Of a DNA stretch of 41,501 nt, positions 10,374 through 22,185 are shown one piece after another (the stretch's first letter is position 1; each line of letters begins with the position of its first letter). Source of the DNA: Octopus sinensis (Eukaryota); contig NW_021835791.1 of the NCBI RefSeq assembly GCF_006345805.1, forward strand, positions 1 to 41,501. Direction: 5' to 3'. The notes beneath the pieces were generated by a model. It was not told the DNA's origin. It worked only from the letters and a program-made list of their open reading frames with translations, and made no database searches. A program made the position numbers and the translations under genes.

Positions 10374-10970
10374 GCATGCATACATATGTAGGTCTACTTC
10401 TCTACATCCGCATGTATGTGTGTGTATGCATACACACACACACACACACAAACACACACTCACGTGCACACACATAAGGCACGAGTATTCGTAAGTCTTA
10501 CACTCACATGCACATGCGTATATATGTATATAAGTCTCCGCATCTCTACGCATGCGCTTGTGTATGCACAAAGATGCGAATGATGTTAAATATGCTACTC
10601 CATTTTTACTTATTTTCAGAATGTTTCTATGTTCTCTATGTAAATAATATCGATTAGTTTTCTTGTCTAATCCCACGAGTATTTTTCACAATCATATTTG
10701 CAGAATTCATCACAAATTTACAAATTCTATTCTTGTAAAGCAGATTATATAACTTAAACCTGCTCGTTTAAATATTGACCCAGTGTTGGCAAAATGTAAT
10801 GATATAGCGATCATATTCTGCAACCAATGAATATAACTCTACAGCTGGTATTGAGTACTCTTTTTTCTGCCTTTATTTTCAAGTTCTTTCGTTTAATGCA
10901 TGCATGCGCACATATGCATATATGTATGAATATGTATGTGTCTAGGTAATAATATAAATCAATCAATCAA

Positions 10971-11013
<43 letters not shown>

Positions 11014-11101
11014 GTATAGAGACAAAACCACTATTTTGCAAAACAAACAAGGAAAGACTTAATCAATACATAAAATTTAATAAATAGTCAAAAAAAAACC
11101 G

Positions 11102-11144
11102 CCACTACAATCGTTTCTTGTCTTGATCGACAATCTTCAGGTGG
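11102..11144 (-). ncRNA. Minimal type I hammerhead motif in a short TA-flanked element (about 11010-11170)
   Basis: Reverse complement: CCAC-CTGAAGA-TTGTC(gatcaa)GACAA-GAAA-CGATTG-TA-GTGG. Stem I 4 bp, stem II 5 bp, stem III one change from the palindrome ACGATCGT. Confidence 0.75.
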
Positions 11145-11180
11145 ACTTCCAATAATTCAGTTACAAATTATATATATATA

Positions 11181-11295
11181 TGACGTGTCTTCAGTTTCTG
11201 GAACTGGTGTTGCTTTGTGTTGTTGAATAAAAATCATCGTTTCACGTTGCTCCTTTGTACGAAGCTGCAGACTAGCTCCAAAATTGTCTCCTACC

Positions 11296-11298
<3 letters not shown>
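11181..11298. repeat. Second copy of the 118-bp segment, embedded in (TA)n
   Basis: TA runs directly on both sides. Confidence 0.95.
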
Positions 11299-11335
<37 letters not shown>

Positions 11336-11400
11336 CGAAGGATGAAAATGAGTGCTCAACACTACATTGGTAGATATAACTTCTTTATTTGTGAATTAAG

Positions 11401-11466
11401 GCTACCACTAGTTTCAGGTTAATAAAGTAGGAAAATATCCTAGTATCTTAATAACTTTTCAAGTCG
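11401..11466 (-). ncRNA. Degenerate hammerhead-like motif
   Basis: Reverse complement: TTGAAAA (vs CTGAAGA), long hairpin containing TAGGA/TCCTA, GAAA, palindrome ACTAGT, G at position 17. Confidence 0.4.
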
Positions 11467-11540
11467 ATCACATGGAAAAAGGTGTTCGCCTCCATTCTGA
11501 AAAATATAGTCTTGTACATATATATAAATATACATAAATA

Positions 11541-12117
11541 CAGTGTACATTTAAACACATAAGAGGTATCCGTCATAGGATCCCTTTCACGCTAGAAGGA
11601 TCAGCTAAAGTCCAAACCACTATTAGGAATAAAAACTCGAAGGGAATGAAAAATAAAAACATTTACCATCTAATTCCCTGGACCATGGTTTCAGACTTTT
11701 TTAGCAAATAATATAATTTGCTAGACGAAGTCTTCATCAACAGGTACGCCTAGATTAAACATATAAGTTCGAGGCAAATCCAGCATGTGCCTCTTGCTTA
11801 TACATTATATTCTGCAAGCGCAGTTTTTTGTCGGCAGCCCAAAAATACCGGCATTTCTTCGAACAATTTTCCAGAAAAAATTATCAATAATTATCAATAT
11901 CAGGGTAATAAAATTTTAGAAATTTTTACTACCTGTAGCCTAGCGTGCATAAAAATTAGTCAATAGACTATATATTATTCATATAAATGCAGGCAAATGT
12001 TTTTCTTTTCATTCCCTTCGAGTTTTTATCCCTAATAGTGGTTTAGACTTTAGCTGTTCCTTCTAGTGTGAAATGAATTCTATGATGGATACCTCTTATG
12101 TGTTTAAATGTACACTG
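11541..12117. mobile_element. Non-autonomous Tc1/mariner-type element (MITE), 577 bp
   Basis: Terminal inverted repeats of about 124 bp (11541-11664, 11995-12117), starting CAGTGTAC and ending GTACACTG, with about 9-10 differences. TA on both sides (11539-40, 12118-19). Confidence 0.9.
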
Positions 12118-12239
12118 TATTGAGTAGTTGAGTAGTTCTCGAGCTTTTGTGATGCACACATACACACAAACAGATACACATTCTCAGTTTCATATATATA
12201 TATTCATACAAACATATATATATGATAGATCGTTAGCCA

Positions 12240-12422
12240 CTACACACATTTTTTTTCTCTCCTTGTTTCTCTCCTTGTTTTTTCTGTGTACCTTTCTGTA
12301 GAAGAGCGTAGGCTCGAAACGTAAAATACTTTTTCTATTCCTGAGCGCTATACTAATACATCTGTTTGTTTTGTACACCACCTGCCTTCGTCTTTTGTTT
12401 ATATTTCGTAAACTTTCCCGTT
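12240..12422 (+). mobile_element. Short (about 190 bp) element with a minimal HHR-like motif at 12292-12327 (family H5)
   Basis: CTTT-CTGTAGA-A-GAGC(gtag)GCTC-GAAA-CG-TA-AAA. Homologous to 28110-28281, 36790-36925 and 38770-38915; ends in (TA)n. Confidence 0.75.
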
Positions 12423-12441
12423 TTATATATATATATATATA

Positions 12442-12479
<38 letters not shown>

Positions 12480-12483
<4 letters not shown>

Positions 12484-12752
12484 GAAGACACATTCCCAAG
12501 TTTCCACGCAGTGGGATTAAACCCTGAATCATGTGATTGCGAAACAAGCTTCTTACCACACACCCACTCCTGCACCTATATGTATATACAACAGGCTACT
12601 TTCAGTTTCTGTTTGCCAAATCCACTCACTAGGATTTGGTCGACTCGAGGCTATAGTAGAAGACACCTACTCAAACATGCCACGCAGTGGGCCTGAACCT
12701 AGAATAATGTGGTTGGGAATACAGCTTCTTACTACACAGTCACATCTGCACC
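12480..12752 (-). mobile_element. Two family C SINE pieces (partial 12480-12575; near full 12590-12752)
   Basis: AAGACAC...CCAAG...CCACGCAGTGGGA...GAA...AAGCTTCTTACCAC occurs twice. Confidence 0.8.
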
Positions 12753-12860
12753 TATGTCTATAAATTCTAAGAAATGATTTGAATTATATATCAAATATTG
12801 TCTGAACTATGCAAAGTAAATTTGAATGTACTCAACAACTCAGAAATTGCACCCATGAGA

Positions 12861-12896
12861 CAGTTTGATGAAGGTGAGTATGCCGAAACGTCAGTG
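12861..12896 (+). ncRNA. Degenerate minimal hammerhead-like motif
   Basis: CAGT-TTGATGA-A-GGTGAGTATGCC-GAAA-CG-TC-AGTG; C3 replaced by U, stem I has 3 of 4 pairs. Confidence 0.45.
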
Positions 12897-13019
12897 CCAC
12901 CGTCAACGTTTGCCTTGGAAAGTTAATACGTACTCTGTTAAAAGATATATTTTTAATAGTAGATTGATTTTATATGCAATTTCACACGAAAAAGTTAAAG
13001 CGTGAAACGATTACACATA

Positions 13020-13703
13020 CATAAAATACTGATTTCAAATTTTGGCGCAATGCCAGCAATTTCTGCAAAAGGGGCTAAACGATTATATCGACCCCAGTAC
13101 GCAACTGACACTTGTTTTTATCGACTCCGAAAGATGAAAGATGAAGTCGATCTCAGTGGAATTTGAACCCAGAGCGTAAACACGGATGAAATCGTGATAA
13201 CAAGCATTTTCCCCGGTGTGCTAACGAGTCTGTCAGCTTCCCACCTTACACATACGCAGAATAAACCTTTCGACGAAAGGTACTAGGCCTGAAATCTTGT
13301 ATGAGATGAATAGTTCATTACATCGACCCTAGTATTTGATTGGTACTTTATTTTATCGACTTATTGGAGTCGATGAAAGGCAAAATCGACTTCGGCAGAA
13401 TTTGAACTCAGGACGTAAAGATGGACGAAATGCCGCTAGAAAGCGTTTGTGCCCGGCTTGCTAACGTTTCTTATTTCTTAATTGCCTACAAGGGGTAAAC
13501 ACAGAGGGGACAAACAAGGACAGACAAAAGGATTAAGTCGATTATATCGACACCATTGCGTAACTGGTACTTATTTTATCGACCCCGAAAGGATGAAAGG
13601 CAAAGTCGACCTCGGCGGAATTTGAACTCACAACGTAGCGGCAGACGAAATACCTCTATGCATTTCGCCCGGCGTGCTAACGTTTCTGCCAGCTCGCCAC
13701 CTT
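13020..13703 (-). mobile_element. Cluster of three family M SINEs
   Basis: Three TCGACC...GATGAAAG...ATTTGAAC blocks; heads near 13247 and 13703. Confidence 0.85.
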
Positions 13704-14182
13704 ACACATACATAGAATAATAAAATATTGAACACATCCAGAAAGGCAAATAGTCATATACAAAACCACACACACACATATAGGAAACTCTCTCTCTCTC
13801 TCTCTCTCTCTTTTTACACACACACACATACACACTAAACCATATGTATGTACATGCACAGAGGGGCACTTTTGCAAACATACAACACATATACATCGTC
13901 GGTTCAAGCGCATTAAAATGTCATAGAGACGAACGGCCGCATACATGCATATATTAAAACGTGTAAACGTGCAGATATCCGGGTAGAGAAATACACAATC
14001 ACAAATATGCATATGAAATCAAACACACACACACACACACACACGCACACACACATACACACACACACACACGCACGCACATACACTCACACGCACACGC
14101 ACGCACGCGCGCACACACACACGACTTCATATGCATACGGGGGAGAACAACATTAGCAATAACTACAAGTAGTTGGAGAAGC

Positions 14183-14870
14183 GACAGCAGCAGCAGCAGC
14201 AGCAGCAGAAGAAAAAGAAGAAGAAGAAGAAGAAGAAGAAGAAGAAGAAAAGTAGACGAAGAAGAAGAAAAGTAGAAGAAGAAGAAGAAGAAGAAAAAGA
14301 AGTAAAGTAGAAGAAGAAGAAGAAGAAGGAGAAGAAAAAGAAGAAAAGTAGAAGAAGAAGAAGAAAGTAGAAGAAGAAGAAGAACGGGAAGAAGAAGAAG
14401 AAGAAGAAGAAGAAGAAGAAGAACTGGGAGAAGAGAAGAAGAACACTAACAACAAGCAGAAGAAGAAAAAGAAAATGAAGGAAAAGAAAATGAAGAAGAA
14501 GAAAGAAGAAGAAGAAGAAGAAAAAGAAGAAGAAGAAGAAGAAGAAGAAGAAGAAGAAGAAGAGAAGAAGAAGAAAAGAAGAAGAAGAAGAACTGGGAGA
14601 AGAGAAGAAGAACACCAACAACAAGCAGAAAAGAAAAAGAAAATGAAGGAAAAGAAAATGAAGAAGAAGAAAAGAAGAAGAAGAAAAAGAAGAATGAAGA
14701 AGAAGAAGAGAAGAAGAAGAAGAAGAAGAAGAAGAAGAGAAGAAGGAGAAGAGAAGAAGAACACCAACAACAAGCAGAAGAAGAAAAAGAAAATGAAGGA
14801 AAAGAAAATGAAGAAGAAGAAAAAGAAGAAGAAGAAGAAAAAAAGAAGAAGAAGAAGAAGAAGAAGAAGA
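14183..14870. repeat. (GAA)n purine tract with an internal higher-order repeat
   Basis: Unit GGAGAAGAGAAGAAGAACACYAACAACAAGCAGAA...GAAAATGAAGGAAAAGAAAATG at 14427, 14596 and 14745. Confidence 0.9.
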
Positions 14871-15157
14871 AGGATGCTGATGACACATACATTCCTATAC
14901 ATACTCAGGATTCCATACAGGCATATGGAGGACTATACATGCCCATATGAAGCGAAACATTGAAATACGTATACAAAATCCCTCATAGACACACATATAA
15001 GACCATACACAAGAACACGCTCGAACACACACACACACGCTCCCACACATCCATACAAACATACCAAAAAAACATTTTGCACATACACGCATGCACGACC
15101 ATCTTTTCAAACACGTATAAACATCACACATATAAGCGTATACATTTATAGATGACA

Positions 15158-15199
<42 letters not shown>

Positions 15200-15548
15200 A
15201 CATCCATACAAACACACAAAAATCACTTGCACATATACGCATACACAACCACTTTTACAAACACGTATAAAGATCACGCTTACACATAAGCATATACAAT
15301 TATAGATAACACACATACACACACAGACACAAATACACACACACACACACACACATCTTCGCAACTTAAACTCCGCATCAGAATCAAGCAACACTTGAAG
15401 CGGTTTATAATAAATTTCTTTCTGCTTTAATATAATTAACCAGATACAAATTTAATTACTCATTTGTAATTAAATCACTCAGCACAATTCTGAGCACTCT
15501 CGGCTATTCTTCATGATCATGATTGTGAACATGATCATCATCAGCACC

Positions 15549-15727
15549 CTTCCACTTCTTTCTTTCCTTCTTCTTCTTCTTCTTCTTCTTCTTCTTCTCT
15601 TCTTCTTGTTGTTCTTCTTCTTTATCTTCTTCTTCTTCTTGTTCTTGTTCTTCTTCTTTATCTTCTTCTTCTTCTTCTTCTTCTTCTTCTTCTTCTTCTC
15701 TATCTTCTTCTCTTCTTCTTCTTCTTC
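15549..15727. repeat. (TTC)n tract
   Basis: Direct reading. Confidence 0.9.
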
Positions 15728-16159
15728 AACTATTCGCATTTGTTGTATTTGTTCTTTTTCTCAGATAATTTCGATAAAATATTTTTCTTATACGCTCTCG
15801 AAATAAACCTTGGTTTATACTGATTTCTGATCGATTTAACAAAAAAAGAAAAAAAGTTTTAAAAAAATCAAAATTAAAAATTGAAAAATAAAAAGCATTG
15901 TTTTCCAACGTGAATTACTATTTAGTTTATTTCCTTATATTAATTATGATTTGTTGTGATTTACATTTAGATCTTCGGATAATATTTATTATATCTACAT
16001 GTGTCATTAATTAATGTTTGGTGCATAACAATGTTGTATTCCTTTTTATATTGTCATTCTTTTATTATTAATATGGTACAGAGGGAAGTGTTCTCTCTCT
16101 CTCTAAGTGGATTTGTAAAAAAGGTGGATGACTGTGGCAAAAACAGTTAGGGTGAACGG

Positions 16160-16340
16160 ACTCCTATGGAGACTTCGATAGACAGAAAAAACAACAGTTG
16201 AGCAAAAGCTTGTGCCTTCTGATTTCTGGGCTTCCTAAATTGGCCTTAGTTGAAAGATCTCCTGTATCAAGAGAATTGCAACCCCATCTTTCCTGTTATC
16301 CCTATCTTCTGTTTTCGTAATGCCTCATTCATCTGATGTC
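16160..16340 (-). pseudogene. Possible LINE apurinic-endonuclease fragment
   Basis: One frame with stops: EDRDNRKDGVAILLIQ...TVVFSVYRS, resembling the R.DR...GGGVAI..VYR motifs. Confidence 0.35.
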
Positions 16341-16364
16341 GCTGTAACAAATAAAAGAAATCAC

Positions 16365-16402
<38 letters not shown>

Positions 16403-16403
<1 letters not shown>

Positions 16404-16958
16404 TGAGTGAGATAGCAGTGCATGCCATCAAGGTGACACTGGGGTAAAGTATACGAAGCCCAGTATACCCATCATGGTTACCCGTCTGATAAGGGTACAC
16501 TAGGCATATGCATCACAACCACATGTGCGCAACATGGTGATCTCATATCAAGATAAACAGCGCATGACCTTGCAGATGGAGTCCAGTTAGAATTTTCTTC
16601 TGGTAGAGTAACCCATCCTGCTCAAAAGGTCCCTGAATAAGGGTTATTTAAGGATGTTTAACGAAACACCTATGTTTTCAAAGGTGAATTATCCAAACCC
16701 CACAAAATACCTCTCAACACATGGCTATGATGCTCCCCCACTATTTCTGCTTGTGATCAGAGGTGTATGTGTCGTCAGCCACTAAGGGACATGCTCAGCT
16801 GGTTATGGTCAAACAACTGACAAGCAAACCTGTGGTATTAAGCAGAATATTTGCTGTAGCCCATCTTTTATACCAAAACAAAACAATGTACGTGATGACA
16901 CTTCCAATCAGTTAAGATCAGTAGCCACGAGAGCCACTGTCTGTTACTGCATCAGAGC
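16403..16958 (-). mobile_element. Unclassified interspersed element bounded by (TTA)n and (AAT)n tracts, possibly non-autonomous RTE-type
   Basis: A higher-GC complex block of about 550 bp between trinucleotide tracts; family assignment is from recall only. Confidence 0.35.
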
Positions 16959-17028
<70 letters not shown>

Positions 17029-17092
17029 TGATGATGATGATGATGATGATTATGATGATAATAATAATGATTATTATTATTATTATTATTAT
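16959..17092. repeat. (AAT)n-(GAT)n-(TTA)n compound microsatellite
   Basis: Direct reading. Confidence 0.9.
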
Positions 17093-17299
17093 TGTTCACA
17101 TGGAAAGGAAACTGAAAGTAGAGAAAGAAGTGCTGTCTCCCAGTAAATTTTCTTTTAAGGCGTGGGGATGGTGACAAAATAAAGTACCAATAAAATACTT
17201 GGATACATTTAATCGACAAACCCGCCCCCTCAAGATCTTGAAGTTGTATCTATATGAGAAATGTTGGCTTTAAAGTTTTGGTACAAGGCCACCAAGTTC

Positions 17300-17907
17300 G
17301 TGGGGGTGGGGTGTAGGTCGATTACATCGACCCCAGTGCTTGACTGATATTTATCGTATCGACCCGAAAAGTGAGAAGCAAAGTCGCCTCAGCAGAATTT
17401 CAACTCAGAATGTAAACACAGACGAAATGTTACTTAGCATTTTGTCCGGTTTGCTAACGATTCTTATTTCTTTACTGCCTACAAGGGGCTACACACAGAG
17501 GGGGTCAAACAAAGACAGACAAACGGATTAAGTCAATTATATTGAACCCATGCGTAACTGGTACTTATTTAATCAACCCCGAAAGGATGAAAGGCAAAGT
17601 CGACCTCGGCCGAATTTGAACTCAGAACGTGGCGGCAGACGGAATAGCGCTAAGCATTTTGTCTGGCGTGCAACGATTCTTATTTCTTTATTGCTCACAA
17701 GGGGCTAAACACAGAAAGGACAAACAAGGACAAAGGGATTGAGTCGATTACATCGACCCCAGTGCCTAACTGGTACTTATTTAATCGACCCCGAAAGGAT
17801 GAAAGGCAAAGTCGATCTCGGCGGAATTTGAACTCAGAACGTAGCGGCAGACAAAATATCGCTAAGCATTTTGTCCAGCGTGCAACGATTCTGCCGGTTC
17901 GTCACCC
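17300..17907 (-). mobile_element. Trimer of family M SINEs
   Basis: Three bodies; junctions AACGATTCT|TATTTC near 17463 and 17680; intact head at 17885-17907. Confidence 0.9.
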
Positions 17908-19029
17908 TTATATCAGAAATAATTGTTAGTACTGTTCTGTTACTGAAGATTGGTCCATATGTTTGATAGTGCCATTGAATAGTTGAGTTTGAAATCTATA
18001 ATAATGTATATAGATTCTAAATTTGGTGTAAGATGATTCAGCCTGACGCAATCTGAAATCGAAACCAACTTGTTTATATTTGTTGTGCAGTACTCAACAC
18101 AAAAGCTTACAAACATACACACATTCATGCACACATATGCACGTATATGTACATGGTTATACTGATAACGTAAAGAAATCCTCACCAATATTCTTTATAT
18201 AAATCCACGTTAACACATGCGTGTACACAGCTGTTATCTCGAAATGAAACTATTATATTAAGTAAAGAATCTATCACTGTTCAAATGCGACAGATCTATC
18301 ACCATAGCATTTCTCAGCAGTTGCCGAAGCAAAGTGTTATCTATTTAGCTAATACACTTCTCACCTCAACAAAACGTGTTATTTATGCAAATCTTTTGTT
18401 GTCATCGCCGTCATGTGGCTTTATTTGAAGAATAAAAGAAAAGAATAACAAAAAGAAACTAAACAAAGAAAAAACACATAATTGTGTTTTTAATTATTAT
18501 GAAAGAATATCAGATGGCCAAGTTTGATTATCTTATATAGTATTCGGAGCTTGTATTGCATCACCAGTATTTATTTCTCTACGTCTACGGCTAAACATAT
18601 AAACAAGTAATTTGAAAATAGGATATGGACAACTAATAGTTGTGATAAAATTATAAACTGATTCGTTAGACGGCAGTTTTGAGTTCAATCCTTCATAGAG
18701 TTGGCATTGATCTGTCAGAACTGATTTATGAAAAGGTCTTTGAATCAGTCCTTGAAAAGGTCCTTTTCATGAATCTGTCCTTGAACTGATTCATGAAAAG
18801 GAAAGCTTTGATAGTCTTCCAGCCTCTCAAAGAATTTTAAGATTTGCCATCGACATAATTAATTCAAACAAGAGATGAGGTAAGAGTGTTTGTTTGTAGA
18901 CTTGTTGTGTTTAATAAAAATCGTTGAGAAACTTAATTTTTATCTCCGATTCGATGTTCTCAATTTTCAGTTCTTGCGTGGTCAGCTTAAAAACAATTTT
19001 TCTTGAGAATGAAAAAAAAACAGAGTGAA

Positions 19030-19440
19030 AAATATGAAGGCAGTTTCATCTCTGTGGCTTTCACATGCAAAAATCTGACACTTTTGACAGCTAATTCTAC
19101 TTATTTTCTTCCTTTGTGACAGATAAATCCCGCAAAATCGTCGTGAGTTACCCATTTTTTTTCTGCTATGATACTGAAATTATTTCTTCCGATTATTCAT
19201 CAACAAGGAGTTCTTCAGCCAGCATTTTAAGAAATCCACGTCTAGATTGGAGTTTGTTCCTCTGTTTGAACTTTGGGCGCTTTTCCGTACATAACGAAAA
19301 TGCATTATATGCTGTTGTATCAATCAGGTTGGAGAAGAAAAAAAACAACACTTCCACTGGCAATCTTCGTGCGACTCGTTTCATCGAATAGTGTTCAAGT
19401 GTTGTCATAGAATTTCTTGAACATTCAGGAATTCGTGAAC
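19030..19440 (-). pseudogene. piggyBac transposase C-terminal fossil
   Basis: HYSMKRVARRLPV...SNLIDTTAYNAFSL...RRGFLKMLAEELL (cf. YS.KR.TRRWP...N.ID...NA). It is followed by a cysteine-rich tail RRFCGIY...SCQKCQIFACESH at 19030-19143. Confidence 0.85.
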
Positions 19441-19513
19441 ATTAAGGAAAACTCGAGAACATATTTCTTGATACGAATTTACTATTTTTATCTTAATAAT
19501 AAGACATACTATT

Positions 19514-19703
19514 CTTTTCTACTCTAGGCACGAGGCCCAATATAAAATAGATCGACCCCAGTACGCAACTGGTACTTAATTTATCGACCCCGAAAGGATG
19601 AAAGGCAAAGTCTATCTCGGCGGAATTTGAACTCAGAACATAAAGACAGATCAATTACCGCTAAACCCGGCGTGTTAACGTTTCTGCCAGCTCGCCGCCT
19701 TGC
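19514..19703 (-). mobile_element. Family M SINE with a 16-bp target-site duplication
   Basis: AATAAGACATACTATT at 19498-19513 and 19704-19719. Confidence 0.95.
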
Positions 19704-20204
19704 AATAAGACATACTATTGACAAGATCACAGCAGTCCAGTCTGTGTTCTAACGGAACGCATATAAAATTTAAAACTCAAAATGAAAAACAGATTTTACC
19801 CAAAAACTTAGGAAAAAAAGTTCAAGACATAGCATTAATTTACAGCCCCATTGATTTAAATTAAATATTTTACATTTAAAAAATGGCTTCAACACAAAAT
19901 GGACCATTGCGGTCACTTCCTTGTTTTTGAGGGTTAAATATGTGAGTTCAATGCATCTATTTCCTTGTTCCTTAATTTCAGATTCAAACTTCTTGATTGT
20001 TGTTTTACTAATAAAATTATGCAAAAGGCTTTTATATCCTTGTTATTGCTGTTTAGCCCTAGGTCAGTCCTGATCGAACGACATTATAGCAAAAAGCGAT
20101 TCAACGGTATTTTCTTTAATTTCCTCAAATATCCTGTATGATGACTAAACTGTTTAATACGGTGTGATTATGAAAATTTGATTGTTATTTATATCAGTTT
20201 GAAG

Positions 20205-20412
20205 GTGGGTGAATTGGCGGATTAAGCAGACTGTCGGAAAAAGGAAAAACTTTTCGGCAGTTGTTCTAGTTATTTACGTTCCGAGTTCAAATCCCGCCGA
20301 AGCCAACTTTGCATCTCATCATTTCTGTTTTATAAAGTACCTCTCAAGTCCTGGACTTGATGGTATCGTCAAACATTCTCCTTTCAAAATTTCTGGCCTT
20401 GAACTTAAGTGA
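20205..20412 (+). mobile_element. Old family M SINE
   Basis: GTTCCGAGTTCAAATCCCGCCGAAGCCAACTTTGC. Confidence 0.6.
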
Positions 20413-21237
20413 GAAACCGCTGGTAGAAATTCGAGTGAACTATGAAGAGACCGCTCTCTCTCTTAGGGTGTTGTGTTAGTTGTGCTTGTATTGGTGGTCC
20501 GTGTCGTTGTTGTTGCTGCTGTTGTTGTTTAACTCTAAGTCAGCGTTAATCGAGCAGAGGCTATGATCCAATACGCTCCAATCTTCTTTTTAGATATAAT
20601 TTCTCCAGAACTGCCTTATTCAGTGTACCCCCTCTTTCTTAAAGAAAGTAGAGTGAAATATGAAAGATATTTTGGCTGCTATTTCTAGCCGTTCGAATCA
20701 CCACGTACTGTTTGTCACGTTAGCTGGATACATTTTTATTTGCAGAAGTGGTGTATGTTACCGGCGTATCCTTGAAGTGAATTTATGAGTAAGGATTCGT
20801 CTAAGTATCTACTTCCTCTCTCGATACCGTACCATATACCTTGAATATTTAACATACCTACGACAACCAGGAGAACCTTACACATAGTAAAAAAAAAGTA
20901 AATAAAAAATAAGAAACACCATAAAGTCTTAAGAGACGGAAGGTTTCACTATGGACATTGTTGTCCTAGAAAATCAAGAACTAAAAAGAAAAACCGATTT
21001 GATCACAGCTGACATGATAAAGTAGTCCAGATATTGATCTTTCGTGATCATAAATATCCTTCAAAGGAAGAACAGTATTATCGATTTTACATGGTGTGGG
21101 ATGGGCAGTTTTGAAGATCATGTCTTTTCAAAGGTTAATTACATATAAATTAGCCAAACAACTAAAAATCGAACCAAAGATCAATATGTAGTTTGCGATT
21201 AAATCACATGACTGCCCAACCGAAGCTGATTTAGGTA

Positions 21238-21615
21238 CGCGACAAACATACCCACTCAGACCAATATTTTTATTTGACCCCAAAAGGGGGACTTTTACAT
21301 AGCGCTCTGTCTACCAGAGATAGCAGCGAAATCGTCATAAAATGACCCTTAACTTCCTTTAAAAAGGGAAAATAACGTTACATAATGCTCATTTTCAAGT
21401 CATTGCTTTCCTAGTTTTTTTACGAGACAAACATCAACCTTGCATACCCACTCAGACCAATATTTTTATTTGACCCCCAAAGGGGACCTTTTACATAGCT
21501 CTCTGTCTACAAGTGATAGTAGCGAAATCGTTATAAAATGACTCTTAATTTCCTTTAAAAAAGGAAATTAACATTATATAATGCTCATTTTCAAGTCATT
21601 GCTCTCCTAGTTTTT
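21238..21615. repeat. Diverged tandem duplication, unit about 185-195 bp
   Basis: CATACCCACTCAGACCAATATTTTTATTTGACCCC at 21247 and 21443. Confidence 0.9.
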
Positions 21616-21764
21616 ATAAAATTTTATTTTGCTCGCAGCACAATTTAAAGAAAATAAAAAATAATTTGATTCACTTTGCAGATGAAGGAAAGGAAAATAT
21701 TTGACTTAAAAAACAAATAAAAAAGAAAACGGCATGTATTTGAAAAAGTATTAACCACACAGCA

Positions 21765-21910
21765 CAGCTATGGCTGTGTGGTTAATAAGCGCATTTTTCA
21801 ACCACGTTGTTTCTATTCCAGTCTTACTGTACGGCACACCTTGGGAGAATGTCTTCTGTTACAGCTTCCGGGTCGACCAATGTCTTGTGAGTTAATTCGA
21901 TAACCCGTCA

Positions 21911-21970
<60 letters not shown>

Positions 21971-21986
21971 GATCGATCGATCGATC

Positions 21987-22018
<32 letters not shown>

Positions 22019-22185
22019 TTTTTCTTCCATAGGCGCAGGAGTGGCTTGCTTACCAGCCTCAAGGTTCTATGTTCAATCTCACTACGTGACACCTTGGGCA
22101 AGTGTCTTCTACTATGGCCTCGGCTCGACCAATGCCTTGTGAATGGAATTGGTAGACGGAAACTGAAAGAAGCCCGTCCTATATA
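21765..22185 (+). mobile_element. Two family C SINEs separated by a palindromic microsatellite
   Basis: CACCTTGGG(A/C)(G/A)A..TGTCTTCT at about 21837 and about 22090. Confidence 0.8.
21911..22018. repeat. (TATC)15(GATC)4(GATA)8 microsatellite
   Basis: Direct count. Confidence 0.95.

Noticed and set aside
14153-14963. The longest ORFs in the track (249, 241 and 162 aa; K/E/R- or F/S/L-rich)
   Set aside because: Translations of the (GAA)n tract, which lacks stop codons in most frames.
18366-18419. Minus-strand 54-nt segment with good-looking splice sites
   Set aside because: Stop codons in all three frames.
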